Positions 52,344-62,155 are shown, counted from the first letter of the stretch. The stretch is DNA of 64,000 nucleotides from an uncultured Aminicenantes bacterium (GCA_965195285.1 CBDAFS010000043.1:1-64000); one strand, 5' to 3'. Translations and numbers: made by a program. The notes: generated by a model from the letters alone, not told the origin.

Positions 52344-52732
52344 GGATGTTTTTTTTGGTCTTTTGATGATTGCTCCAGGGATTCAATCCGTTGAGTTAAA
52401 TTTTCAAGTTCAATGAATCGGGCAGCATGTTCAAGAATTAGGCTTGATGCTCTTAATCTTACATTGTCATTTTTGGCCTTCAACAGGTCGGTCAGGGTTG
52501 CTGAAGCTTCATCTGCCTGTCTAATCAATCTCAACCGGGCGGCATCCAGAACCTGCTTTGACTGGTTCAGAAATTCTTCGCGAAATTCTGGTTCAGCCAT
52601 CCACTTATAAAATGTGGAGCGATTTATTCCAGCCTTTTTACAACCCTCTGTTATGGTCCTAGCACTCAAGATTGCATAAATGGCATTTTTCTGGTTCGTT
52701 GAAATTTGTGTATTATTGTTGCTCACGCTCAC
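52340..52732 (-). CDS. HTH protein, small-terminase-like
   Basis: QKNAIYAIL..TITEGCKKAGINRSTFYKW..EPEF, then VRLRASSLILE helices. Confidence 0.6.
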   Translation of the reverse strand: MSVSNNNTQISTNQKNAIYAILSARTITEGCKKAGINRSTFYKWMAEPEFREEFLNQSKQVLDAARLRLIRQADEASATLTDLLKAKNDNVRLRASSLILEHAARFIELENLTQRIESLEQSSKDQKKHP

Positions 52733-53412
52733 CGTCCTTCCTCCTCATTAAATTGATTTGCTTTTGTGCTTTTTGATAAATAGTTAAAATCATTCTCAAC
52801 TATAATCTTTTGTAATCTTCCTTTTAGAGTTGATGTATCAATATTTTCTGGAATAATATTATGTATCTCTTTATCATCTTTTATATTATGATATATATTA
52901 TCTTGCTCCTTTATAGGAATAGTATTGTTATCTGTGTCCCTATCTTCAATTTCAACGGTGTCCCGCTGGCTCTTTTTTTTTGCCATTTCTCTGCTATATA
53001 TTTGAGTTCTTACGGTGTCCCTTTTTTCAACATTCTCGGTATCCCTTATTAAAACGGGAGTATATTCACCATAATCAAGTATTGTTATGATTGTCGTAAT
53101 CGTAAATCCCTTCTTAGGAAATTTTTTATAGCTCACCTTATTTTCATTTTCCAATTTATTAAGAAACCTCCTCACGCGCTTTATATTCCATTCCCAGATT
53201 CCTGAAAGATGCTTAAGGCTATAAGCGAGTTGGGCTCTTTGAAGTGGAATTTCTATGCCCTTTATTTTTACAAATCCATCTTTATAATTTGCTACTATTA
53301 ATAAAAACAACCAAGCTCGGGATTCATCAAATGGTTTTCTCATAAACCTAGTGTCATTCAATAATGTTTTTCTTTTTAATGGGAGGAAACCTCTATTAAT
53401 GTCAAGTATCAT
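52729..53412 (-). CDS. Phage-type replication initiator-like protein
   Basis: AWLFLLIVANY, LQRAQL, LSGIWEW..RVRRFLNKLE, TIITILDY, repeat-containing linker. Confidence 0.7.
   Translation of the reverse strand: MILDINRGFLPLKRKTLLNDTRFMRKPFDESRAWLFLLIVANYKDGFVKIKGIEIPLQRAQLAYSLKHLSGIWEWNIKRVRRFLNKLENENKVSYKKFPKKGFTITTIITILDYGEYTPVLIRDTENVEKRDTVRTQIYSREMAKKKSQRDTVEIEDRDTDNNTIPIKEQDNIYHNIKDDKEIHNIIPENIDTSTLKGRLQKIIVENDFNYLSKSTKANQFNEEEGR
52932..53045. repeat. Four 9-bp iterons inside the rep gene, putative origin
   Basis: CTGTGTCCC 52932, CGGTGTCCC 52956, CGGTGTCCC 53013, CGGTATCCC 53037; spacing 24/57/24; AT-rich tract adjacent. Confidence 0.7.
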
Positions 53413-53421
53413 TTTTTACTA

Positions 53422-53631
53422 TTAATCACCATCTAAAAATTGCCATTTAAGTTGTACTTTTTTTGGTTGAGTTGATTTTAACCACTTCTCTATTAAATCA
53501 CTGTCGAAAAGGATACTGCCTCCTACTTTTGAGTATGGGATATTATTTCCCTTTATTAATCTGTCTATCGTGGGAACACTTTTACCGAGAATGGCGGCAA
53601 CTTCTTTCTTACTAAGCATTTTTTTTGACAT
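53422..53631 (-). CDS. Excisionase/AlpA-like HTH_17 protein
   Basis: MLSKKEVAAILGKSVPTIDRL..IPYSKVGGSILFD..IEKWL; SD GGAGGT before MSKK. Confidence 0.85.
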   Translation of the reverse strand: MSKKMLSKKEVAAILGKSVPTIDRLIKGNNIPYSKVGGSILFDSDLIEKWLKSTQPKKVQLKWQFLDGD

Positions 53632-53689
53632 GACACCTCCTTTTATTACAATCAATTACCCGAATTGGATAATATGGGTTGAAATTTTT

Positions 53690-54166
53690 TTACTTTTGAA
53701 TCTCATCAATCCTCTTCAACAAAAAATCATTGATTTTGCTCAAATTAATCACCAAGCTCACAGGGTATTTATCCAGCTGTGTTTTAATCTCACTTACTTT
53801 TTCAAAATTCTCTCTATACCACTGTAACCCTACACTGTCTCTATAGCTTTTATGGTCTATGTTTATTATCCAATTTTTGCCAGTTTCAATATATTCCTTT
53901 ATCTTTTTTCTATTGAATTCAAACAGTTCATTCTGGCAGAATTCGTATTCCGAATATAGACCATGGCCAAGCAAATGCATTACTTCAATCTGGATTAAAT
54001 TGATAAAATCAAACAGATGTTTTTTCTTTCGCCTTCCCAAGGATTTTGATTCAATCGGGACGATAAATCGTCTCAAAATCCAATTGCTTACAGTTCTGAC
54101 TGTAATACCAGTAATTTCCTCAACTTGTTGGACAGTAAATGTCCTTTTTAAAATTTTATTATTCAA
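53690..54166 (-). CDS. MerR-type HTH regulator
   Basis: FTVQQVEEITGITVRTVSNW..RFIVP..HLFDF; TTG start. Confidence 0.7.
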   Translation of the reverse strand: MNNKILKRTFTVQQVEEITGITVRTVSNWILRRFIVPIESKSLGRRKKKHLFDFINLIQIEVMHLLGHGLYSEYEFCQNELFEFNRKKIKEYIETGKNWIINIDHKSYRDSVGLQWYRENFEKVSEIKTQLDKYPVSLVINLSKINDFLLKRIDEIQK

Positions 54167-54437
54167 TTTGTTTCACAGCCGATTATCCGATCTAATTAAT
54201 CTCATTCTATAATTATAATATAATTCCTTTCAAATGTCTACCAAATTGTTCAACTCAACTAATTTTAATCAAAAAAATATCAACACAGATATACGTTAAC
54301 ACCAGGATTGAGATTTTTGAACACTTTTTTCAATCTAAGCATAAAACAAATTTTATTGATATTTCTTTTTTATTTTAATACAATATATATCGATATTCAT
54401 CAATAGTTATCACAAACTAGATTGGGGAGAAGATTGT

Positions 54438-54641
54438 ATGGTAAATGAAATTAATAATGTAGGCTTTTCGCCAAATGTCCTACAAGTTTTAGAGAATTTT
54501 TTTGCTGCGCTGCGTGCTGATGATAAAATCGACGAACAATCGATTTCTAGACTTGAGAAGCTTTTTCAAAAAGGATGCATCCCGAAAGCAGAGGAAATCA
54601 ATTCGACCTTGTTCAATCCACCCAAAGATGGTGAAAGATGA
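54438..54641 (+). CDS. Small hypothetical protein coupled to the ATPase
   Basis: SD GGGGAG, 67 aa, ATGA overlap with the next gene. Confidence 0.75.
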   Translation: MVNEINNVGFSPNVLQVLENFFAALRADDKIDEQSISRLEKLFQKGCIPKAEEINSTLFNPPKDGER

Positions 54642-57109
54642 TTCGTATCAACTCTATTCATATTGAGGAATTTCGTGGTATCCGAAATCTTGACCTTGAC
54701 CTAGATGCAAAGAATTTCGGGATATGCGGTCCGAATGGAACTGGCAAAAGTGGTATTGTTGATGCTATCGAATTTTGTCTGACAGGAGATGTGACACGAC
54801 TATCAGGACAGGGAACCACAGGTCTCAGTGTAAAAAATCATGCACCCCATGTTGAACAACGTAATTCTCCTGAGAAAGCAAATGTGACAATCAGTGCAAA
54901 AATCCCATCAATAAATAAGGCAGTTCAGATTCATCGATCAGTCAAGAATCCGCGAAACATTAAAATTTTACCGGACGATGCAGATGTGGTGAGTATTATT
55001 GAAGAGTTACAATCACACCCGGAATTCGCTCTTTCACGTCGTGAGATTGTCAAGTATATAATTACCCCACCCGGCAAACGTTCCGAGGATGTTCAGACTC
55101 TTCTGCGACTTGAATATCTTGAAAAGCTCCGGAAATCCCTCACTACCTTTAACAACAAATGCAAAATCAGAATGGAGGAAGCTGAACGTAATGAAAAGCG
55201 GGCAAGAAACGAACTGAGAATCACCCTGGAAACAGACAAGCTAGATAAAGAAACAATCCTTAAAAAGGTTAATGAGAATCGAAAAATTCTTGACCTTGAA
55301 ATCCTTACGGACCTTACAAAAAACACCTCGTTTAAGGAAGGATTGGTTGCTCAAAAAAAAGAAGAAAAGAAACCTACCATAAGAAAAACCATAGCACTTG
55401 CTGATCTTTCATCACTTAAATCCACAATCGAGAAAAAAGCACCTGATGTTCTTATAAAAAATCAGCAAAAAGCGAAAGCCACCCTTGAAACACTTAGAGA
55501 CGATGAGAACGCCCTTATATTGGCGAAACGCTTTCATTTTATCAAGACTGGCTGTGACTTTATAACCGAAAATGCTTGCCCCCTTTGTGACAAGGAATGG
55601 GATGCAGATGAGCTTCGTGAATATCTAAACAAGAAACTTTTAACTGCAAAAAAAACCAAGCAGCTTTTAGAAAACATTCGTGGAAATATTAATACTGTTC
55701 TCAATTCATTATCAGAGCGAGTTCAGGCAATCGAAACAACCATAAAATATTGTAATAAACTCAAGCCACAAATCGAGACAACTGAACTGGATGCCTATCT
55801 TAGAAAGCTAAAAAGCACAGAGATAGCCTTGAAAGATTTCCTTGAAGATTACAATCAATTTGAACAAGCCTTGGAAGCCGTCACATTCACGTGGTGGTCT
55901 CCAACCAAAGAACAACAAACTAGCGTCAACAAATGTCATAAAGCTGTAAAAGCTCTGCCGGACATATCAGCTGAAGACGATGCTCGTGACAAACTGACAG
56001 TCGCACAGGAACGTTACGACAGGTTTTATGATTTTTTTATAACGGCCAAAAAGGAGAAGTCACAGAGCTCCATCGCCCAGAGGATACTGGAACATTACCA
56101 TAAAAGTAATGAGACAGTTCTTGAAGGTATTTACAATAATGTTGCAAAGGACTTCTCTACATTTTACAGTACTATAAATCGCCAGGATGAAGAGAAATTC
56201 GTTGGCAAGCTTACATCAGCGCCCGCCAAGTTAAGCTTTGATGTTGATTTCTACGAGTACGGACTTTTCCCACCAGGTGCCTATCATAGTGAAGGTCATC
56301 AGGACGGCATGGGATTATGTCTTTATCTTGCGCTGATGAAACACACTCTTGGCAATAAATTCACCTTTGCAGTACTTGATGATGTGCTCATGTCCATCGA
56401 CTCTGGTCATCGACGCGAGGTCTGCCGACTGTTAAAATCAGAATTTCCTAACACACAATTTATCATAACAACTCACGATAGAGTGTGGCTCCAATATATG
56501 AAAACCGAAGGTTTGGTTAACAACAGTAAATCATTCGGAGGGTGGCATGTTAAAACGGGTCCGCGAGTTTGGGACGACCATGATATCTGGACAGAAATCC
56601 AAAACGAACTCGGCAAAGATGATGTTGCAAAGGCTGCCGGGCTATTGCGTCGCTTCCTCGAATATACTTCTATAATCCTCGCTGATAATCTCCGGGCGCC
56701 TATTGAGTTCAAAGGAGATGGTAACTATGGCCTCGGAGACCTCATGCCTCATGTATTGAAAGTTTGGCGGAAAAGACTTGAGGATGGTGAAAAGTCTGCC
56801 ATCTTTTGGAAACAGGATAAGGAAAGAAAAATTCTTGCCGAAAAGCGTGTCATAGCAAAGGAACTTATTGCAAAAACGAATGCTGAGCAATGGGCTATAA
56901 ATCCATCCATTCATTATAACGAATGGGCAAATTTCCAACGCCACGAGTTTCAAGAAGTTGTAGATGTATTCAAACAGCTTCTTGAAAATCTCCAATGCAA
57001 AAACAAAGAGTGCAACTCCTACATTTATGTACTACCTCAGAAAGGAAAAGCAGAGGAGATGCGATGCAATTGTGGTGCAACTAATATCAATCTCAAAACT
57101 GATAAATAA
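54638..57109 (+). CDS. Rad50/SMC-like ABC ATPase with zinc hook, HEPN-like (RloC/PrrC-like) C-terminus and zinc ribbon
   Basis: EFRGI, GPNGTGKS, CPLC in coiled coil, HSEGH, VLDDVLMSID, ITTHD, LLRRFLE..INPSIH, CxxxxC..CxC. Confidence 0.85.
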   Translation: MIRINSIHIEEFRGIRNLDLDLDAKNFGICGPNGTGKSGIVDAIEFCLTGDVTRLSGQGTTGLSVKNHAPHVEQRNSPEKANVTISAKIPSINKAVQIHRSVKNPRNIKILPDDADVVSIIEELQSHPEFALSRREIVKYIITPPGKRSEDVQTLLRLEYLEKLRKSLTTFNNKCKIRMEEAERNEKRARNELRITLETDKLDKETILKKVNENRKILDLEILTDLTKNTSFKEGLVAQKKEEKKPTIRKTIALADLSSLKSTIEKKAPDVLIKNQQKAKATLETLRDDENALILAKRFHFIKTGCDFITENACPLCDKEWDADELREYLNKKLLTAKKTKQLLENIRGNINTVLNSLSERVQAIETTIKYCNKLKPQIETTELDAYLRKLKSTEIALKDFLEDYNQFEQALEAVTFTWWSPTKEQQTSVNKCHKAVKALPDISAEDDARDKLTVAQERYDRFYDFFITAKKEKSQSSIAQRILEHYHKSNETVLEGIYNNVAKDFSTFYSTINRQDEEKFVGKLTSAPAKLSFDVDFYEYGLFPPGAYHSEGHQDGMGLCLYLALMKHTLGNKFTFAVLDDVLMSIDSGHRREVCRLLKSEFPNTQFIITTHDRVWLQYMKTEGLVNNSKSFGGWHVKTGPRVWDDHDIWTEIQNELGKDDVAKAAGLLRRFLEYTSIILADNLRAPIEFKGDGNYGLGDLMPHVLKVWRKRLEDGEKSAIFWKQDKERKILAEKRVIAKELIAKTNAEQWAINPSIHYNEWANFQRHEFQEVVDVFKQLLENLQCKNKECNSYIYVLPQKGKAEEMRCNCGATNINLKTDK

Positions 57110-57154
57110 TAAAAAAATCATATCAATATAATGAGAACAAATCAAGCTGAAATT

Positions 57155-57415
57155 TTATTTATCAATCTTTTCATTTGCGAGTTGGTAATCTGATATCTTT
57201 ATAAATTTTATATTTTTCCCAGAATCCAATAAAGAGGCGTAATCTCTGATAATCATCCTTTCGAATGTGACCCGATATTTTGACATCTTCTTTGGTAAAA
57301 CATCATATCGATAATAATTCCAATTTGGAATAACAGAATAACATTGGCTCAATCTCTTTATTAAATTTTGAGCTTCCATATATTCGTTAAGTATCCTCTG
57401 AATACTTGGAATCAA
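57155..57415 (-). CDS. Hypothetical protein or remnant
   Basis: 86-aa TTG-start ORF immediately after the DUF4145 stop. Confidence 0.35.
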   Translation of the reverse strand: MIPSIQRILNEYMEAQNLIKRLSQCYSVIPNWNYYRYDVLPKKMSKYRVTFERMIIRDYASLLDSGKNIKFIKISDYQLANEKIDK

Positions 57416-57416
57416 C

Positions 57417-58043
57417 TCAACTTTCAGTTTTTTTTAATCCTTCAAGTCTACCCAACAATAGTTCATATTGATAAACTGCTTTTAAAATTTCTTTCGTCAA
57501 ATCCAATGACATCTCAATCTCTTCTTGTCCCACCTTCGAAAATGTCCTCGCCTCAACATGAGCTGCATCATTACCCAATAGTCTTAAATTATTCATAGCC
57601 TTAAAGAGGTCCTCCGGAAGTACAATTTTTGTTCTCAAATCTGCGATTCTGTCAATCAATCTTTCCCCTGTCGCAGCCTTATCTTTACATATTTCCTCAA
57701 GCGTTCTTCGTATTAACATTCCAGCTCCGATATAACACTTTTCTGCATGGCATATTATTGCTTCGCTGAATGTTTTCCATATCAGTGGAGGAATATTATT
57801 TTTATCAAACTCTATTTTTTGAGAGGGATACGTAAAAATCCCCCCTGCTTTGTTGATATAGAATACAATACCATGGCATTCATCATTAGGACATCTTCGC
57901 ATACCAAACCAAGTTTTATTAACATTCTCCATTAAGGATTCTTGACAATTTTCAAAAGTACCAATTGCCCCACAATATGGACATCTGATTTTTACAACTG
58001 GACCAGAGCCACCATGACTCAAGTCATCAACTTTAACATACAT
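57417..58043 (-). CDS. DUF4145 (HEPN) protein with N-terminal zinc ribbon
   Basis: CPYC..CPNDEC, EAIIC, RRTLEEIC, LRLLGNDAAH; SD GGAGGAG before ATG 58043. Confidence 0.88.
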   Translation of the reverse strand: MYVKVDDLSHGGSGPVVKIRCPYCGAIGTFENCQESLMENVNKTWFGMRRCPNDECHGIVFYINKAGGIFTYPSQKIEFDKNNIPPLIWKTFSEAIICHAEKCYIGAGMLIRRTLEEICKDKAATGERLIDRIADLRTKIVLPEDLFKAMNNLRLLGNDAAHVEARTFSKVGQEEIEMSLDLTKEILKAVYQYELLLGRLEGLKKTES

Positions 58044-58094
58044 TTCTCCTCCCTGTATAATCCCATAATATAAGAAACATACAATCACGTCAAT

Positions 58095-58120
58095 TTTGTG
58101 TTAAATATTTTGGTTAATTT
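58095..58120 (+). repeat. Degenerate internal copy of the element right-end arm
   Basis: TTTGTGTTAAATATTTTGGTTAATTT, 25/26 identical to 62166-62191. Confidence 0.7.
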
Positions 58121-58220
58121 ATTTTATTTTTTAGAATAATAGTATAAGCAATATATTAAATATTTCTAATAAATATGATACTATTAACATCAATCTTGAA
58201 TTTATTGGGGGTGATTTTTC

Positions 58221-59369
58221 ATGGCCTTTAATTTGAAAACAAAAAAATCAAAAAATCCTTATAAACAAATTTGGAAATACCTTCACTCTTATAAGGACCA
58301 AAATTTTAGTTTAAAAAAAATTAAATCATTTTCCCCAAAGGCTAATAAAGATACTTTAAAAAAAAAGGCGAAACAAATAGGATATTGTATTCGACAATCA
58401 GAAGAATATTTCTGCGCCTCAGAAGAAGTAAGTTTAGCTACTCGTCCATTACTCCTCTACTATGGTGTAATGTGTTTATCATATGCTTTAATCGTATTAA
58501 AAAATGATGACAACCATTCTATTGATTATCTTCGTCAAATCAAGAGTAATAAGCATCATGGATTACATATAAAAGGTGATTTTCAATTAATTAGTAAAAC
58601 AAGAAAATGGAAAACACTTTTTAGTGAACTTAAATCAGAAATTGCTAAGAAAAGTGGAAAGCCAATTGGAACATTTTCACTTTTTTATAAATCAATCGTT
58701 CCGGCTTCTTCAATGGTAAAAAGAGAGCTTCAGAACCTTGGAAGAGTTACAGTATTAAAAGGGTACATTATTAAAGAACTGCCTCAAATCCCAAAAATGG
58801 ACCTTCTGAATAATTCTGCATCCTGTTTAAGTTTATTCTCAAATATTCCAGATTTATATGATAATCTTGTTGAAGAAAATATATATTCAAATTTATGTAA
58901 AGGTAGCGCGAAAATAAGAATTCAGAGTCAATTTAAAAAACATTTTGAAGTATCTTCAGATATATTCTTAGATGATGTGACAGAACAGGAAAAAAAACAA
59001 TTTATAAAAAACTATAATTTTTTAAAGATATATTATGATATGAAAACCAACGTACATTATCAAATTAATAAATCATTCCCAAGCCAAGAGGAAATAGAGG
59101 TAGAATTGCCCTATTTTATTTTTGATATAAATGAACAGATGTATCATATTATTAATCCAGATAAATTTGAACCTGAATTGATTTCCTTCTATAGAATCCT
59201 GTTTTGTTTGGGAACACTCTCGAGATATTACCCAGATATTTGGATGAAAATTATCGATGAAAAAATATTGACGAACGAGTTTGTCAACACTTTATTAAAT
59301 ATCATACATACTAAATATCCACAATTAATTTTAGAGCAGATGAATCTTATTAGTTATAAATTTACATAA
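58221..59369 (+). CDS. YaaC-like protein
   Basis: IRQSEEYF, RPLLLYYG, HHGL, LGTLSRYYPDIW. Confidence 0.75.
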   Translation: MAFNLKTKKSKNPYKQIWKYLHSYKDQNFSLKKIKSFSPKANKDTLKKKAKQIGYCIRQSEEYFCASEEVSLATRPLLLYYGVMCLSYALIVLKNDDNHSIDYLRQIKSNKHHGLHIKGDFQLISKTRKWKTLFSELKSEIAKKSGKPIGTFSLFYKSIVPASSMVKRELQNLGRVTVLKGYIIKELPQIPKMDLLNNSASCLSLFSNIPDLYDNLVEENIYSNLCKGSAKIRIQSQFKKHFEVSSDIFLDDVTEQEKKQFIKNYNFLKIYYDMKTNVHYQINKSFPSQEEIEVELPYFIFDINEQMYHIINPDKFEPELISFYRILFCLGTLSRYYPDIWMKIIDEKILTNEFVNTLLNIIHTKYPQLILEQMNLISYKFT

Positions 59370-59383
59370 TTTCTCGAAGTCAT

Positions 59384-59504
59384 TTGTGCCACGTTTGTGT
59401 CAAATTTTTTGGTTATATTTTAATTTATTTTCAATTTGAGTGACCCGTAAGCTTGATTATACAAGGCTATACGGGAGTTTTGGGGGATATGCAATATAGA
59501 CTTC
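59384..59504 (+). repeat. Element right-end arm, copy 1 (121 bp)
   Basis: 107/121 identical and ungapped versus 62156-62276 (manual count). Confidence 0.93.
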
Positions 59505-59546
59505 GAATCTGCGCGTTGGGGGTTCGACTCCCTCCGGGCGTATTTG
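59497..59546 (+). repeat. attR core (3' part of tRNA-Arg)
   Basis: Identical to 49289-49338. Confidence 0.95.
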
Positions 59547-59684
59547 GCCTAACTTCCGGCTACAGATAAATATAGTGCCCAAGTTTCAAGGCAACATCTG
59601 TCATTTTTTTCTACAATAGTAGATTCTTAGACTCCTCTATTCGATATAATTTAAAAAAAAATCAATAATATTAAATATTGACCA

Positions 59685-59921
59685 TTATTCAACACATATT
59701 CGAAAGCCCAAGCTAGGATACGCACCGTCTCCCCATTCACAAGTGGGAGCAGAGATATCTCTTGAAAATGTTGTTACAGTATATGAAGATGAATAAAAAC
59801 ATCCACCTCGAACAACATGACACATTCCCGAACCTGGTCCAGTAGGATTCATATATGCTAATTCCGAATAATAAGTTTCAGAATACCAATCATAACACCA
59901 TTCACTAACATTCCCAGCCAA
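59685..59921 (-). pseudogene. C-terminal fragment of an FGE-sulfatase/CLec domain protein
   Basis: AGNVSEWCYDWY..NPTGP..VVRGG..LGFR; in-frame stop 8 codons upstream, N-terminal part absent. Confidence 0.8.
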
Positions 59922-59973
59922 TACAAAGTTTGTTGATGGATTTTAGGTTATGAAAAAAAATTGAAACTTTACA

Positions 59974-61791
59974 CTAACTGACGCGTTTCAGTTTTTCCGA
60001 CCGCTTTCTTTCGTGGATATTCAGAAACTTTTTTCTCATCCGGATATTTTTGGGGGTAATCTCAAGCAATTCGTCATCCTGAATATACTCCAACGCCTGC
60101 TCAAGGGTAAACTGCCTGGGAGGGGTCAACCGGATGGCCTCATCGGCGCCGGAGGACCTCATGTTGGTCAGTTTTTTGGTTTTACACACATTCACTACCA
60201 GGTCATTCTCCTTGCTGTGCTCACCGCAAATCATCCCGGCATACACCGGTACACCGCCCCCGATAAACAGGGTGCCCCGATCCTGGAGATTAGACAACCC
60301 GTACGGAACACTGGCTCCGGCCTCCAGAGCAACCAAGACCCCCTTGGCTTTCCGGATCATGGAACCCTTAAACGGTTCATACCCCTTAAAACAGTGATTC
60401 AGGATGCCGGTCCCATGGGTGAGGGTTAAAAATTCACTGTTGATACCGATAAGTCCCCTGGCGGGAATACAAAATTCCAGTCGTGAATATCCGTTCCGAC
60501 TGGGAGACATATTGATCAACTCACCCCGTCGCTCACCGAACATTTTTATGACGGCACCGGCATGCTCCGCTGCGACATCGATGGTGGCCCACTCAATGGG
60601 TTCACACTTTTTGCCGTTGATGGTTTTAAAGATCACTTCCGGTTTGGATACCTGGAACTCATATCCCTCCCGGCTCATGTTTTCAATCAGGATGGATAAT
60701 TGAAGGGTTCCCCGCCCCTTGACGACAAATGCCTTCTGGGATTCGGTCTCTTCGATTTTGATGCTGACATTGGACAGCAGTTCCTTGAAAAGACGGCTCC
60801 GGATATGACGTGAGGTGACATATTTCCCCTCGTTTCCTGCAAAGGGGGAATCGTTGACAAGGAATGTCATGACCAGGGTCGGTTCATCAATGGCAATCGT
60901 CGGGAGGCTCACCGGGTGATCTTTATGGGTGACGGTTTCACCAACATCGATGGTATCTATACCGGCAATGGAAACGATGTCTCCGGTGGCTGCCAGGGGG
61001 ATACTCTTTTTATTCAAACCCTCATAGGTGAAAACACCGGTAATTTTAAACGTCTGTTTCTCTCCATTGCGTTTAATCAAAAGGATCTCCTCTCCCCTCC
61101 GGAAGGTTCCGTTGTGAATCCTTCCGGTACCCATTTTCCCCAGGTAGGTGTCATAGCTAATGGCGGATGTGAAAAACTGGAGGGGACTGTTTGCGTCTCC
61201 TTCAGGTTCTTTTACGTGCTGGATGATGGTCTCAAAGAGGGGAATCAGATCCGTGTTGGTATCCGCCATATCATACCGGGCAATCCCATCCCTGGCGGAG
61301 GTGTATAAAACCGGAAAATCCAGCTGTTCATCACTGGCGTCCAGTTCCACAAAGAGATCAAAAATCGCATCAAGCACTTCATAGGGTCTGGAATTGGGCC
61401 TGTCGATCTTATTGATCACCACAATGGGATTCAGGTTTTCCTCAAGAGATTTTTTCAGAACATACTTGGTCTGCGGCATGGGACCCTCAAAGGCATCCAC
61501 CAGCAGCAGGACCGAGTCCACCATTTTGAGGATCCGCTGGACCTCCCCGCCGAAGTCAACGTGTCCCGGGGTGTCCACGATATTTATCTTAAAATCCCTG
61601 TAAAAAAAAGCGGCATTCTTGGAGAAGATGGTGATGCCCTTCTCCCGCTCCAGGTCATCGGAATCCATCACCCGTTCAGCGATATTCTGGTTGGTCCTGA
61701 ACACGCCCGCCTGTTTCAATATCCCGTCTATCAGGGTGGTTTTCCCGTGATCGACATGGGCGATAATGGCAATATTCTTAATTTTTTTCAT
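59974..61791 (-). CDS. typA: Translational GTPase TypA/BipA
   Basis: [49 protein letters not shown]. Confidence 0.97.
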   Translation of the reverse strand: MKKIKNIAIIAHVDHGKTTLIDGILKQAGVFRTNQNIAERVMDSDDLEREKGITIFSKNAAFFYRDFKINIVDTPGHVDFGGEVQRILKMVDSVLLLVDAFEGPMPQTKYVLKKSLEENLNPIVVINKIDRPNSRPYEVLDAIFDLFVELDASDEQLDFPVLYTSARDGIARYDMADTNTDLIPLFETIIQHVKEPEGDANSPLQFFTSAISYDTYLGKMGTGRIHNGTFRRGEEILLIKRNGEKQTFKITGVFTYEGLNKKSIPLAATGDIVSIAGIDTIDVGETVTHKDHPVSLPTIAIDEPTLVMTFLVNDSPFAGNEGKYVTSRHIRSRLFKELLSNVSIKIEETESQKAFVVKGRGTLQLSILIENMSREGYEFQVSKPEVIFKTINGKKCEPIEWATIDVAAEHAGAVIKMFGERRGELINMSPSRNGYSRLEFCIPARGLIGINSEFLTLTHGTGILNHCFKGYEPFKGSMIRKAKGVLVALEAGASVPYGLSNLQDRGTLFIGGGVPVYAGMICGEHSKENDLVVNVCKTKKLTNMRSSGADEAIRLTPPRQFTLEQALEYIQDDELLEITPKNIRMRKKFLNIHERKRSEKLKRVS

Positions 61792-62155
61792 AAAATTCAC
61801 CTGTATACATGCATGAGATGGATACTATTTCTCTCCGGAATTCTCAGATTTGATTTAGTGCGTCACGCAATGTTTCATTATACCACATTTTTAACCTCCG
61901 GAACAGACCCCCGGCCTCCCTGCTGCGCCCGTAGATGGCTGATTCAAGAGTCAATTCTACTCTTGACTCAAGCTTATATTATAAAAAATGGGTTTAAATT
62001 CTACCAGTAAAACATAATTCAGACTTAGCTAAATTTGTGCAAACAACTTATATTCATCTGAATACTTGTTTAAATGGTGTGTCATAACTGTGTCACCTGG
62101 TGGTACAATTCAGTGCAAATAATACAGATAATTAGAATAATGCCAATCAATACAA

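Larger units (their letters stand above)
49289..59546. mobile_element. tRNA-Arg-integrated ~10.2 kb satellite-like integrative element
   Basis: Exact 50-bp att repeats, tyrosine integrase, xis-like genes, rep-like gene, AT-rich cargo, no structural genes. Confidence 0.9.

Noticed and set aside
54438-57109. Canonical Lamassu, SbcCD or Wadjet
   Set aside because: No separate LmuA effector, SbcD nuclease or Jet genes
59547-59600. GCCTAAC after att copy 2 as an integron attC end
   Set aside because: No matching GTTRRRY box or attC-like stem found, and the integrase shows no IntI-specific features
59685-59921. DGR template repeat
   Set aside because: No AAC/AAT codon enrichment at variable positions, no partner repeat and no reverse transcriptase in the window
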